Part shown: positions 47,323 through 58,200 of the stretch, piece by piece
Position numbering within the stretch: position 1 is the stretch's first letter
How the letters are laid out: each line of letters begins with the position of its first letter
NCBI GenBank assembly: GCA_038250265.1
Contig: JBBSCN010000001.1
Location: 1-63,783 of the forward strand
Source of the DNA: Cytophagales bacterium
Lineage (GTDB): Bacteria; Bacteroidota; Bacteroidia; Cytophagales; Cyclobacteriaceae
DNA: 63,783 bases
Reading direction: 5' to 3'
Notes under the pieces: model-generated
Database searches by the model: none
What the model was told of the DNA's origin: nothing
The model's input: the letters and a program-made list of their open reading frames with translations, nothing else
Position numbers and translations under genes: made by a program

Positions 47323-47739
47323 CTAGAAAACTACCGGATGCAGAATCACATCCACTCTCCGATTCATGGCCATGCCTCCATAACTTTCGTTGGAATAAAC
47401 GGGGTTTTCAAAGGCCCAATCTTTTACATGGATAATATGCTCTGGGATATCTTTTTGGATCAACAAATCGAAAACCACTTGGCTTCGCATTTTTGACAAA
47501 AACTGATTGTAGCGTTTGCCCCCGATCGGATCGGTATGGCTGATGAGCTGGATCTCGTATTTATCGAGCAAGTTGGGGATCGAATCCAACCATCGGGAAA
47601 GTGAGGTGGCTTGTTCTTCATCCATGTAATAGCTACCTCCGCCAAAAAAAATGCTCTTCCTGATTTCGTCTGGCTGCGCTAGAGACGCTTCTACCGAAAA
47701 GAAAAAAACTAATGCCACTATCAATCGCAGGTATCGCAT
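47323..47739 (-). CDS. OmpA C-terminal-like peptidoglycan-binding protein
   Basis: Signal peptide; HTD..G...YN..LS..R...V and NRRV motifs. Confidence 0.88.
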   Translation of the reverse strand: MRYLRLIVALVFFFSVEASLAQPDEIRKSIFFGGGSYYMDEEQATSLSRWLDSIPNLLDKYEIQLISHTDPIGGKRYNQFLSKMRSQVVFDLLIQKDIPEHIIHVKDWAFENPVYSNESYGGMAMNRRVDVILHPVVF

Positions 47740-47763
47740 GCTTCTGTTTTGGCTCCTACAACT

Positions 47764-47994
47764 TTATAACAATCGCCCATAGAACAATGGCAAATCTCGA
47801 ATATGAAAACCGCGACCAAAAAAAACTTTTTTACTTTTCGAAAAAATAAGCTCTAAAAATGACCTTGCAGCTGCGCGCACCTGCTTTGACAAAATGCAAA
47901 CTTGGTGGAGATACACAAACATGGTGCTTAAGCTGATGATCACAGCCAATAGTGCCACAATAAAAGCGGGGAACAGAAGCTGTCTGTTGCTCAT
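47764..47994 (-). CDS. Short hypothetical membrane protein, possibly a gene remnant
   Basis: ATGA overlap with the upstream gene; single TM; low-quality tail. Confidence 0.35.
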   Translation of the reverse strand: MSNRQLLFPAFIVALLAVIISLSTMFVYLHQVCILSKQVRAAARSFLELIFSKSKKVFFGRGFHIRDLPLFYGRLL

Positions 47995-48392
47995 TGTGTA
48001 GCTTTACGGAATAAGTATCGAGTAATAAAAATACCACCACCACTCTTCTCATTTGATACACCGGTACTGGTATTATACAATTCCCAGCCTTCATTGGAAA
48101 TCTCATTTATTCGCGTAACAATCAAATCATCGTTATTAGCAATGTTACTGAAATTGATTCCGACAAAACTGTAAAAATTTTTCAATTCTTTCTCGATCAA
48201 TGTTCCACTCTGGTCCGTTGATAGAATTCGAGATCTACCAAGACCACCCGGAATAATAGATTCCACCGTACTAATTTGCATGTATTTGTAAGGTGTCGCT
48301 TCGGGCTGTGGTGCCTTAAAGGAAAACAGACTAACAACGGTCAAGGTTAGTACACTCGCCAATAAAGAAGAAATAAGAACTGTTTTTTTCAT
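47991..48392 (-). CDS. Conserved hypothetical exported protein
   Basis: Signal sequence; STVESIIPGGLGRSR, NFYSFVGINF.NIA.ND, GIFITRYLF. Confidence 0.85.
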   Translation of the reverse strand: MKKTVLISSLLASVLTLTVVSLFSFKAPQPEATPYKYMQISTVESIIPGGLGRSRILSTDQSGTLIEKELKNFYSFVGINFSNIANNDDLIVTRINEISNEGWELYNTSTGVSNEKSGGGIFITRYLFRKATQ

Positions 48393-48424
48393 ACTTTTAA
48401 ATTTAGATTTAAAATAAAAATACG

Positions 48425-48877
48425 ATGAGAAATAAAATAATACAACTAGTTGTATTCACATTAATTTTGGGTTCGACTGAGCTTTTAGCTCAATCTCAAA
48501 TTCAACTTTCCAATATTTCCTTCCTCACGCCAGAAAGCACTATTAAAGTCAAAGAAAACGCCTTCCCGGTTGAAAATGGTAAAAGCATTGATATCCTATT
48601 GGCGCTTATTAACGATGGTAAAACAAAGCTAACATTGGAGATAGAAGCCGTTCGATTAAAAAGTAATCTTAGCCAACACAAAGCGCAAGGAGTAAAACTA
48701 AAAATGAAATATTTTTGCACCTATAATGGAGAAAATAGGAAAAACAAGACTGAGCGCATTTTCTGGCCAGACCAAAGTGGAGCATTTCGAGAAAAAGTTG
48801 CATTTAGTTTCGGTAGGAATAAGTTAAAGACGGTATCCACCACTCTTACATTTGATGGAAACGTTAAATTTGAATAG
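48425..48877 (+). CDS. Hypothetical secreted protein
   Basis: Signal peptide ending LLA-Q; A-rich start context. Confidence 0.75.
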   Translation: MRNKIIQLVVFTLILGSTELLAQSQIQLSNISFLTPESTIKVKENAFPVENGKSIDILLALINDGKTKLTLEIEAVRLKSNLSQHKAQGVKLKMKYFCTYNGENRKNKTERIFWPDQSGAFREKVAFSFGRNKLKTVSTTLTFDGNVKFE

Positions 48878-48878
48878 G

Positions 48879-49304
48879 ATGATTAAAATACAATTGATCG
48901 GTATTCTTGGACTTTTAGGATTAATTCTTTCTTCTTGTGGCAACAGAATCATTTACTATGGGAGACAATATACTCCAACCGAAAACGTGGACATTTTCTT
49001 CCGCGAAAGCGATGTGCAAGAACCCAACGAAATTATGGGCAAAGTGACGCTGGAAATGTCGGCCAAGAAAAGTTCTGATAAAGTGCAATTAAAATTAATG
49101 AACCGGGCGAAATCCAAGGGCGCAGACGCCATTATCTTTGATGATATCTCATTGACAAACACGGGGTCGACAACAGGTGGAGCTGTTGCAGGTGGCGCGG
49201 GGAGAAGGGGCTTTTTGGGAATCTTCGGAAGCAAAACAAAGTATGAAAAGGGTCAACAGGTAAAAGGGACGTTTCTCAAATACAAAAAGAACTTGAGAAC
49301 TTAA
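48879..49304 (+). CDS. Hypothetical lipoprotein (YbjQ-like fold possible)
   Basis: Lipobox LSSC; AKSKGADAII motif; start MIKIQ at 48879. Confidence 0.75.
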   Translation: MIKIQLIGILGLLGLILSSCGNRIIYYGRQYTPTENVDIFFRESDVQEPNEIMGKVTLEMSAKKSSDKVQLKLMNRAKSKGADAIIFDDISLTNTGSTTGGAVAGGAGRRGFLGIFGSKTKYEKGQQVKGTFLKYKKNLRT

Positions 49305-49792
49305 TATCGAAGCCGAGTGATGTTAGCATCGCCTCTTTTGATAACCGAAACAACAAAGATGTTTCCGTAGTCTGCATCTTCAAAGGCGCTTAGTTCGTCT
49401 TTTTTACCCGTCAAATAATTTGCGATAGAAGGCGTAGTGTTCGAATGGCCAATCAACACAATTGTTCCTCCTTCGTACTTGGCTAAGATTGAATCCACCT
49501 CTTCCAGTCTATAGCCCTCATAATATTGAACCGAAAGGCTCTTTGCTTTTGCCAACGGGAGGGCTGTGTGTTCTGTCCGTTTAAATCTGGTAGAGAAAAT
49601 GGCGTCAATTTTTGTTTTACCTAGGAGATTAGCCAGTGATTCCGCTCTTGTTTTTCCTGCTAGTGTGAGAGCCGGATCTTTAGAACCGTCCATTAACTTT
49701 TCCGCATGTCGAGCCAAAATAAAAGTGGTCAACTTTTGAGCCGTCAGTTGAAAAGGTATCAGTAAGATGACGAAAGCTAAAATGAGTTTCAT
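49301..49792 (-). CDS. Histidine phosphatase (SixA/phosphoglycerate mutase family), exported
   Basis: RHAEK, L...G..RA, RT..TA.P, GHSNT. Confidence 0.92.
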   Translation of the reverse strand: MKLILAFVILLIPFQLTAQKLTTFILARHAEKLMDGSKDPALTLAGKTRAESLANLLGKTKIDAIFSTRFKRTEHTALPLAKAKSLSVQYYEGYRLEEVDSILAKYEGGTIVLIGHSNTTPSIANYLTGKKDELSAFEDADYGNIFVVSVIKRGDANITRLRY

Positions 49793-49797
49793 AAATG

Positions 49798-50231
49798 CTA
49801 CTTAAATTGAACTTTGATTTCTGGGGGGATTACCCCTCCGTCTGCCGTGTATCGGCCAAATGAAAAATCCGCCATTGGCCATCCGCTGATTTAAACAAGT
49901 GGAAGGCGTCTAAGCTACAATGGCTAAAAGTATTCCCCCGATAAAACGCATAGCTAGCCAACACTTGCGCAAGATTGCCATCGATCTTAATTTTCAAATC
50001 CCAAATGGGTTCATTCCAAAGTTCGTTGTGAGGCGTGCCGACCGCTTTTAAAAAATCTTCAATACCAAGTTCATTCTTCATTGCCGGCAGATTATTCTTG
50101 TCTCTATAAATGGTTGCCATCGTAACTTCCTTAGCAAATGCACTGTACACTAAAGCACTGTCGCCCTTTTTCATTCCAGAAAATAAATTGTCTGTTGACT
50201 GTTTGACTCCCTTTTCATCAACAAAGCCCTA
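49798..50231 (-). pseudogene. Disrupted NTF2/lumazine-binding-like protein
   Basis: Core reads LFSGMKKGDSA...IKIDGNLA.V...Y.FY.G..FSHC..DAF.L. An in-frame TAG lies upstream with no signal peptide, and the plausible tail VIPPEIKVQFK* is in another frame. Confidence 0.7.
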
Positions 50232-50353
50232 CTCATTCGTAAAATTTAGATTGAAGCGTGAATTTAATGTTTATTGGATGTTAACCTGACTAAAATGAGA
50301 TTCTCTTTTTACCCAGAAAGTCTTAATTTTAAAGCCTATAGGTAAACCGACTT

Positions 50354-51487
50354 ATGAAAACCATTCTGCTCCTTTTTCTTTTTGCAATATCCTCTTTCGC
50401 CTACGCTGACCAACTAGACAGTTTGGAAAATGCCCTCAAAACTGCTAGGGGCGAACTTAAAGTAAAGACGCTGAACGAGTTATTTAGATCCCTTATCAAC
50501 TCTGATCCGGTAAAAGCCATCGGATACACCCGAGAGGCTCTCACGCTGGCAACGGAACTAGATGATCGCAAGGGGATGGCGGCAGCTTACAATAACTTAG
50601 GGGTGGCCTATAAAAATCAAGGAGCCTTAGATAAATCCCTCGAATACTACCTTATCTCCCTCAAAATCTACGAAAAACTTCAAAATGAGGATGGTATAGC
50701 AACTTCCAAAAGTAACATTGCCTCGCTTTATTCTATGAAAAAGGACTACGGCCAAGCGATGAAGTATTTTGAAGAGGCTCATGCTACATTCACAGCTTTA
50801 GGTGATCAATCGAAAATGATCTTTTCGATGAACAACTTGGGCAATTTACATAGCGAATTACAACTTTACGAGCAAGCAATGAAGTACTATTCCCAAGCCT
50901 CTCAGCTCAGCCAGAAGTCGGGTAAGATTTATTCCGATCCGTTAAGCAATATCGGCAATCTCTATTTCAAGCAAGGCAATTATCAGCGCGCAGTTGGCAA
51001 CTACGAACAAGCACTGAAAATCGCCAAGAAGGAGAATAATCAACTCACTATTTTGAATATTCTGTCAAATTTGGGCGAGGTGTATGCCCGCGCAGGTCAG
51101 GGGGTTAAGGCTCAAGTATACTTGGATAGTGCCATGTTACTAAATAAACAGTTGCAGGCGTATATCTATGAGCCCACAATTTTAAAAAGTATGGCACTCA
51201 ATTATTCCAAGCAGAATAAAATGAAAGACGCCTATGAAACAATGGTGCGTTATGACTTGGTAAAAGAAAAAATATACGGGGAAGAGAGCTCCCGCAAAAT
51301 TGCGCAAATGGAAATCGCGCTTGATTTACAAGAAAAAGAAAAAGAGTTGGAAGCACTTAAAATAAAAGAACAGGTAAAGAGCCTAGAACTGAAGCATACT
51401 AGAACCGCTATTATCGCCATTGTTTTGGGCGCAATGGTTTTGTTTTCAATAATCAACCTGTTTTTCTTCCAAAAAAAACGTAGGTAA
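50354..51487 (+). CDS. Exported tetratricopeptide repeat protein with C-terminal TM helix
   Basis: Signal peptide; repeated A..YNNLG..Y...G.Y..A..YY; coiled coil; TM followed by KKRR. Confidence 0.92.
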   Translation: MKTILLLFLFAISSFAYADQLDSLENALKTARGELKVKTLNELFRSLINSDPVKAIGYTREALTLATELDDRKGMAAAYNNLGVAYKNQGALDKSLEYYLISLKIYEKLQNEDGIATSKSNIASLYSMKKDYGQAMKYFEEAHATFTALGDQSKMIFSMNNLGNLHSELQLYEQAMKYYSQASQLSQKSGKIYSDPLSNIGNLYFKQGNYQRAVGNYEQALKIAKKENNQLTILNILSNLGEVYARAGQGVKAQVYLDSAMLLNKQLQAYIYEPTILKSMALNYSKQNKMKDAYETMVRYDLVKEKIYGEESSRKIAQMEIALDLQEKEKELEALKIKEQVKSLELKHTRTAIIAIVLGAMVLFSIINLFFFQKKRR

Positions 51488-52026
51488 TGCTTCGCTCAAA
51501 CGCAAAAATACTTTTGGAATCAATGACCAAAAGTGAAAGTCTATTGAGGCATATGCGAACCATTGAATTGGTAATGGAAGCCTACGCGGAACAGCTTGGA
51601 GAAGACAAAGACGAATGGTCTATTGCAGGCTTATTGCACGATGCGGACTATGAAGCATTCCCAGACAAACATCCCCAATTGATTGTGGAAAAGTTGAGAA
51701 GCCTTGGGGAAGAAAAAATTGCGTATGCCATCTCAGCGCATTACACCAAATGGAATATTCCCTACGAAACGCTCCTAGACAAAGCGCTGCTCGCCTGTGA
51801 TGAACTAACTGGTTTTATTGTGGCCTGTAGCCAAGTAAGGCCAGAAGGAATTAGCTCGCTTGAAACTAAATCGGTAGTCAAAAAACTGAAAGACAAGGGG
51901 TTTGCTGCAAAAGTGGATCGAGAAGAAGTCTACAAAGGAGCTGAGTTATTAGGGGTTGATCTCGCAGAACATATTTCCTTCATTATTGAAGTGTTAAAAA
52001 AAAATAAAGAAGAGCTTAAGCTTTAG
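51487..52026 (+). CDS. HD-domain (HDIG-like) phosphohydrolase
   Basis: RH..., GLLHDADYE, H, DELTG, FAA.V.RE. Confidence 0.92.
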   Translation: MLRSNAKILLESMTKSESLLRHMRTIELVMEAYAEQLGEDKDEWSIAGLLHDADYEAFPDKHPQLIVEKLRSLGEEKIAYAISAHYTKWNIPYETLLDKALLACDELTGFIVACSQVRPEGISSLETKSVVKKLKDKGFAAKVDREEVYKGAELLGVDLAEHISFIIEVLKKNKEELKL

Positions 52027-52102
52027 TCGTTCGAAAAAATGACCAAAAACTAATTTTACCATTTCGCATTAACCTCTATCTTTGACGGATAAATAAATCC
52101 AA

Positions 52103-52231
52103 ATGTTCAATCAAAACGTGGCCGATGGCGCCAATCTATTTGTAATTATCCTAGCTGTAATCATCGGGTTTGCCGCGGCACTCGGCTATATCGATTTTCT
52201 AAAGGAGAAAAAAGAAGAGAAGAAGGACTAG
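52103..52231 (+). CDS. 42-aa single-TM small protein (not in the ORF track)
   Basis: MFNQNVADGANLFVIILAVIIGFAAALGYIDFLKEKKEEKKD; TATCTTTG promoter element at 52077-52084. Confidence 0.7.
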   Translation: MFNQNVADGANLFVIILAVIIGFAAALGYIDFLKEKKEEKKD

Positions 52232-52270
52232 TCTCGCATTTCTTTTTTTTAGTAATAATTAGAAAACAGA

Positions 52271-53506
52271 TTATTCGAATCGCAAGGATTCAATAGGATC
52301 TAATTTAGAAGCTTTGCTGGCGGGATACCAACCTGAAAACAAGCCAACGCAGATACAGATAAACATGCCTACCGACATCCACAACCAAGGGATAACAAAG
52401 GCATCAATGCCTATGGCTCGCGAAATCAAATTCCCAATCAAAATACCCAAGATAATTCCGCCAATTCCGCCCAATACACAAACAACAATTGCTTCAATCA
52501 CAAATTGTTGCCGGATGCGTAAGGGGGTTGCCCCCAAGGCTTTTCTGATACCCACTTCTCGGGTACGTTCGGTTACCGAAACCAACATAATGTTCATCAA
52601 TGCAATGGAAGCTCCGAGCAGGGTGATAAAACCAACGCCAAAGCCTCCAAATCGCAGTCCACTTGTAATTGATTCCATTCGAGTGCCAAGGGTTTCACTC
52701 TTCTCGAGATCAAACGTGTTTTCCTTCCCTACCTCATCACCCCTAATCTTCCGCATCAACCCCGTTGCCTCGCCCATCGCGTAGTCCATTTGATTCGCGT
52801 CTTGTATGCCAACAGTAAGTCTATAACTTAGACCTTGCCCTGCGGCCAATTGGTTGGCCACAATAATTGGGATCAATGCCATATTATCAAAGTTATTTTC
52901 CGATAACGCACCTTTTTCTTTCATTAACCCAATCACCTTAAACTGTGTGCCTTTAAAGGAAATACTGGTTCCAATCGGATCCTTATTTTCGCCATACAAT
53001 GATTTCGCCAATTCACTTCCTATAACAGCCACTTTGGAGCCATATTGAATTTCAAAACGAGAGTAATTCCTTCCAGACTCAATTTCGAGGCCTTTGATAG
53101 CCAAATATTCTTCATTTACACCAGTGACCGTCACGTTGGGGTTGGTTTTTTCAGATCCGTGTTTGATTTCAGCCAAAACTGTAAGTCGCGCACTAAGGCT
53201 TATGGTAGACTGATATGAAAACTCATTTATAAATTTTTGAGCCTCTGAAAGCAAGAGCGCAGAATAGTTTTTCTCTTTTACCCCTTCTTGATTAGAGCCG
53301 CGGTTAAACTTTGAACGAATGTCAAATGTATTGGCTCCCAGCGAAGAAAGGCTCTCGGAAACGGTGTATTCAATTCCGTCAATGGCTGTTAATATTCCTA
53401 CCAGCGATGTGATTCCAATGGCCACAATTAAGGCTGTTAACACAGAGCGAAGCATATTGGCCTTGATCGATCGAAGGCCTTCTTTCACGTTTTCGACTAA
53501 ATTCAT
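52271..53506 (-). CDS. ABC transporter permease (MacB/FtsX-like)
   Basis: RSVLT.L...IGI, MNIMLVSVTERTREVGIRKALGA, PA.KASKLDPIESLRFE; TAACTTTG promoter at 53542-53549. Confidence 0.95.
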   Translation of the reverse strand: MNLVENVKEGLRSIKANMLRSVLTALIVAIGITSLVGILTAIDGIEYTVSESLSSLGANTFDIRSKFNRGSNQEGVKEKNYSALLLSEAQKFINEFSYQSTISLSARLTVLAEIKHGSEKTNPNVTVTGVNEEYLAIKGLEIESGRNYSRFEIQYGSKVAVIGSELAKSLYGENKDPIGTSISFKGTQFKVIGLMKEKGALSENNFDNMALIPIIVANQLAAGQGLSYRLTVGIQDANQMDYAMGEATGLMRKIRGDEVGKENTFDLEKSETLGTRMESITSGLRFGGFGVGFITLLGASIALMNIMLVSVTERTREVGIRKALGATPLRIRQQFVIEAIVVCVLGGIGGIILGILIGNLISRAIGIDAFVIPWLWMSVGMFICICVGLFSGWYPASKASKLDPIESLRFE

Positions 53507-53622
53507 TCAATTGGCAGTTTCGTTTGATTCGTTTTAAAGATCAAAGTTATATCTTTAACCATACTTATTCGAAGACTTTTTTCGGATACTATTGTTACAT
53601 AACAAACAAAATTGGCTAAACG

Positions 53623-54879
53623 ATGAGAAGGGTTCTTTTGTTATTGTTTCTTTTCACGGCTAAATCGGCTGCGGGGAATTATATTTTCATTTCCATGGAT
53701 GAGCACCAAAGCAATCATTTGAAGGCGTATGGAATTGCCTATTGGGTATTGAAAATGGATCAGGAGGTGGATTGGCTTTTAAATTATAGGGGTGGCAGTT
53801 TTATGACCAAGTACCACCCAAAAATTCAAAATGAGTTGGTAGTGCGGGGAGTTGGGTATGAAATCATATCAGATGCGCAAGCCAATACCATCATCAACGA
53901 AATCGCCAGTCCTGCCGCCAATTATGATTTGATGAAACTGGAAAAGTATCCACGGATAGCGGTTTATTCGCCTAAATCAAAACAACCGTGGGACGATGCT
54001 GTCACACTAGTACTCTCCTATGCCGAGATTCCCTATACCGTCATCTTCGATGACGAAGTGCTCGATGGGGAGTTGGCCAAGTACGATTGGCTGCATTTAC
54101 ATCACGAGGATTTTACCGGGCAATATGGAAAGTTCTATTCAAGCTACGCTAACATGCCGTGGTATTTGGAGCAAGTAAAAGAGGCCGAAACTATTGCCCG
54201 CAAACATGGCTTTGGAAAAGTTTCGCAGCTAAAACTGGCGGTGGCAAAACGAATGAAAGAGTTTGTGGGCGGTGGGGGGTTTTTATTTGCTATGTGTTCC
54301 GCCACGGATACATACGACATCGCATTGGCTGCTGAAGGAATTGATATTTGCGAACGCATGTATGACGGTGACTCTGCCGACCCTCAAGCGCAAGAAAAAT
54401 TAAACTTTAATAACACCTTTGCTTTTACGGATTTTCTGTTGTCGCGCGACCCGATGCAATATGAGTTTTCCAACATTGATAACAATGCACCGGAGCGTGG
54501 CCTTCGACAAGACAACGATTACTTCAACTTATTTCAATTCTCAGCTAAGTGGGATCCTATCCCCAGTATGCTCACGCAAAACCACTCGCGCGTGGTCAAG
54601 GGTTTTTATGGCCAAACAACCGGATTCAAAAAAAATCTGATCAAACCCGATGTGACCATCATGGGTGAAAACAAAGAAATCAAAGAAGCAAAGTACTTGC
54701 ACGGGGTTATGGGCAAAGGCTTCTGGACTTTCTTTGGTGGCCACGACCCGGAAGACTATCAGCACACCGTTGGCGAAGAACCAACGGATTTGCATTTACA
54801 TCCTAATTCACCGGGCTACCGGTTGATTCTGAATAATATATTGTTTCCTGCTGCGAAGAAGAAAAAGCAGAAGACCTAG
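53623..54879 (+). CDS. Conserved exported Bacteroidota protein (family commonly labelled 'asparagine synthetase B')
   Basis: Q.NHLKAYG..YW, WLLNYRGGSF, DWLHLHHEDFTGQYGKFY, GHDPEDY.H, LILNN.LFPAA.KK. Confidence 0.8.
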   Translation: MRRVLLLLFLFTAKSAAGNYIFISMDEHQSNHLKAYGIAYWVLKMDQEVDWLLNYRGGSFMTKYHPKIQNELVVRGVGYEIISDAQANTIINEIASPAANYDLMKLEKYPRIAVYSPKSKQPWDDAVTLVLSYAEIPYTVIFDDEVLDGELAKYDWLHLHHEDFTGQYGKFYSSYANMPWYLEQVKEAETIARKHGFGKVSQLKLAVAKRMKEFVGGGGFLFAMCSATDTYDIALAAEGIDICERMYDGDSADPQAQEKLNFNNTFAFTDFLLSRDPMQYEFSNIDNNAPERGLRQDNDYFNLFQFSAKWDPIPSMLTQNHSRVVKGFYGQTTGFKKNLIKPDVTIMGENKEIKEAKYLHGVMGKGFWTFFGGHDPEDYQHTVGEEPTDLHLHPNSPGYRLILNNILFPAAKKKKQKT

Positions 54880-54912
54880 TATATTTAGTCTTTAAAAAAT
54901 CAAAACCTACCC

Positions 54913-55299
54913 ATGCGACTTATCCTGTTTCTTTTACTCTCAACGTTGCTCACGCAATGTAAAGTAAAACAGCCTACCGCTAAATCCGATTCTACGGCTG
55001 CGTTGGCTTACAGTATTCTTGGAAAAAATATTGATTCCTTTCCCAACTCTTCTGGCATGTACTTGTTATTTGTCCAAAAAACAAATACAGATGAGCCCAA
55101 TCACGTGGTTAAAGCTATCGTAATTGAAGCTACCTCGAAGAAGATAATCATTCAAGAAAGTTTTGTGCCAGGTTATATAAAATGGGTGGGTGAGTCGTCC
55201 TTAGAACTTTTAAACCTTCCGGGAATGATTCGAAAAGATGAAACCCTGTCTCAATATAAAAAAACGATTGACCTAAGATCTCTTAAATCCGATTTATGA
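54913..55299 (+). CDS. Hypothetical lipoprotein
   Basis: Lipobox-like LTQC; ATGA overlap with the next gene. Confidence 0.75.
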   Translation: MRLILFLLLSTLLTQCKVKQPTAKSDSTAALAYSILGKNIDSFPNSSGMYLLFVQKTNTDEPNHVVKAIVIEATSKKIIIQESFVPGYIKWVGESSLELLNLPGMIRKDETLSQYKKTIDLRSLKSDL

Positions 55300-58200
55300 A
55301 ATTCTGGAAACTTTCTACCATCTGTATAATTTTCTGCCTTGTCATATTAATTCAAGTGGTGAATAAGTATGAAGTGCAGGATTTTAAACATACGCAAAAC
55401 AAAGAAGAATACTTTGACGGACCCGGAGAGTTCATCAAGTTCCACAGAAGCATTCGCACACCATCGGATGCCGATGCCCCACAATACACACCGGGCTTTC
55501 TGGTAATGGAATCAGAAAAGGCAACGCTTGCAGCATTTTCAAATCAAAAGAATGCAAGGACACAAAATAACGGTGTCATCGAGTGGAAAGAACGTGGCCC
55601 CGTAAACGTGCCTGGCAGAACACGCGGCTTGCTGGTAGATCCGGCAGACCCGACTAAGAACACTTGGCTAGCGGGTTCTGCAGGTGGTGGTATTTGGAAA
55701 ACAACTAATGCAGGTACCAGTTGGACATTAATAACGCCCACTTTGTCAAACCTAGCAACTACCGTTTTAGCAATGGCCGATTCTAATCCGAATGTAATTT
55801 ATGTTGGTACAGGCGAAGGCTTCGGAAACTTAGATGGCATTAATGGCAATGGTATGTTCAAGTCAGTCAATCGGGGACAAACTTGGTCTTACCTCCCTTC
55901 TACCAGTAATTTTGACGACATCAATCGCGCAATCGTTGACCCGGCCAACGAAAATGTAGTAGTCGTTGCTTCCAACTCGGGCATCTACAGAACAACTAAT
56001 GGAGGAAGTGCATGGACTAAGGTCTCTTCACGACTAGGCATACAAGACTTGGATGCAACACCCGGAAATTTTGCGATTCAATACGCAACCCAAAACCGTG
56101 TTGGTGTTATCAAATCAACCGATGCCGGTCTAACATGGAATTTGGCAAATGCGGGTTTAGGTTCTGTCCTTCGGATAGAAACGGCAGTATCGCCCGTCAA
56201 GACAAATAGACTATTTGCTTCTTGTGAGGTTAGCCCCACCTCCTCAAAACTTTTCATGAGTGATGATGCAGGTCAAACATGGTCATTAGTAAACGTGAAA
56301 TTGACAACTGCTGACCTAAATTTTCTCAATGGACAAGGGTGGTACGACAACACGATTGCGTGTGATCCTTTCAATGCAGACGTGATCTATTTTGGAGGCG
56401 TTGATTTGTTTCAATTGAAACTAGAAAGTGGCTCGGCCACCACCGGTTTTTATTCTATTGAAGAGGCGGGGACACAAAGCTTTGTGGCACTCACTAGTTT
56501 TGGGAGTGCGACCAATGGCAATTTTGATACAGGGACTGCTGCCGGAAATAGTACGGTAGAAATCCGTTTCGGCCCTGGGAAATCCCAAAAAGCACACCGT
56601 TTTTTGGTTCCGGTGAATAGAACTATCGGAGTAGCTGCCGCAGATTACTCTTATCAAAACTATGTAACAGTACCTTTTGAAGTGTGGGATGTTACCAATA
56701 ACCGGCAGTTGATGGCTTCTTTTCGAGATCAAGGCCGCGATGGCACGTTTAATCTGATCAATAACAACACAGATAATTCTATGGCGACATTGCAATCGCG
56801 CGAGTATCTGTATATCAACAATGTGACCTACGATGGTTCGGCACCAAATGCCTCTATTGCAGTAAACGGTGGGCATGAGTTTAGCGAAATGTATTTTATC
56901 TGGCCAGTGCTAGCAGCGGGCGGAACCTGGCCACCGACCATCAATGGTACGATTCGGTTTAAGTTTGAAGCACAACAAAAATTGAATGCCACTACACAAT
57001 TCATCACCGATGGAAGAGGTGACTATGGAAATCCGAATAAGAATAGTATCGTACATGTTGATCACCATAATCTAGTTATGATACCAATGGGTGCAACTAC
57101 TTACAAGATATTAAATGCAAATGATGGGGGTGTGTTCATTTCAAATACTTCCTCAACTCCGGGGATTAACAATGGCGATTGGATTTTTGCAGGGCGGACT
57201 TACAACACAAGTCAGTTTTACGGGGCGGATAAGCGTCCGGGGTTTGATGAGTATTTTGGCGGAATGCAAGACAATGGAACTTGGAAGTCACCCCAGTCGG
57301 TGGTTGCAACTGAAAATACTGACTACAATTTTAATATTGGAGGGGATGGCTTTGAAGTGTTGTGGAATAATTTAGATGACAAGAAATTAATTGGTGGTTT
57401 TCAATTCAATGGATTTAGAAGATCGATTGACGGGGGAATTTCTTGGGCAATAGCTACCGCAGGTCTTTCAGGTGATTCGCCATTCATTTCAAAATTGGCT
57501 AATTCAAGGGAAAACCCGGAAACGATTTTTACAATTACTTCTGCTGGAGTGTTTCGGTCTAATAACTTTGGCGCATCATGGATACTCTCACCGATTTTAA
57601 CTAACTGGGGCGGGTCTTCTTCTTTTGCTGACGTAGAAGTATCACGTGCCAATGCAAATATCGTGTGGGGAGGAAGTGGGATGAATACTGCGGGGTCCTC
57701 GGCTAGAAATCTTTTTGTGTCTACCAATGGAGGCACATCCTTTAATCCAACAGTAAATTATTCTCTTACGCCTCTAGGTGGTATAACCAAACTGGCTTCG
57801 CACCCCACTCAACAAAACACTGCTTACGCACTTTTTTCGTTTGCCGGAAAACCAAAAGTTCTGCGAACAACTGACCTGGGCCAAACTTGGAATGACATTT
57901 CGGGATTTAACGCTGGAAGTATCAGCTCGAATGGTTTTCCAGATGTGGCGGTTTACTGTTTGTATGTAAGAACAGATGATACGAACATTATTTGGGCGGG
58001 AACGGAAATTGGAATTGTGGAATCGCTGGACAACGGATTATCTTGGAACTTGATAGCCGACTTTCCAAAAGTATCCGTCTGGGATATGAAAGGTGTAGAT
58101 GATAAAATAGTGATCGCCACCCATGGCCGTGGTATATGGACCGCAAAAGTGAATGCTATTCAAACAAGTCCCATTCAGATGCCGAGTATCGTTGCTGCCG

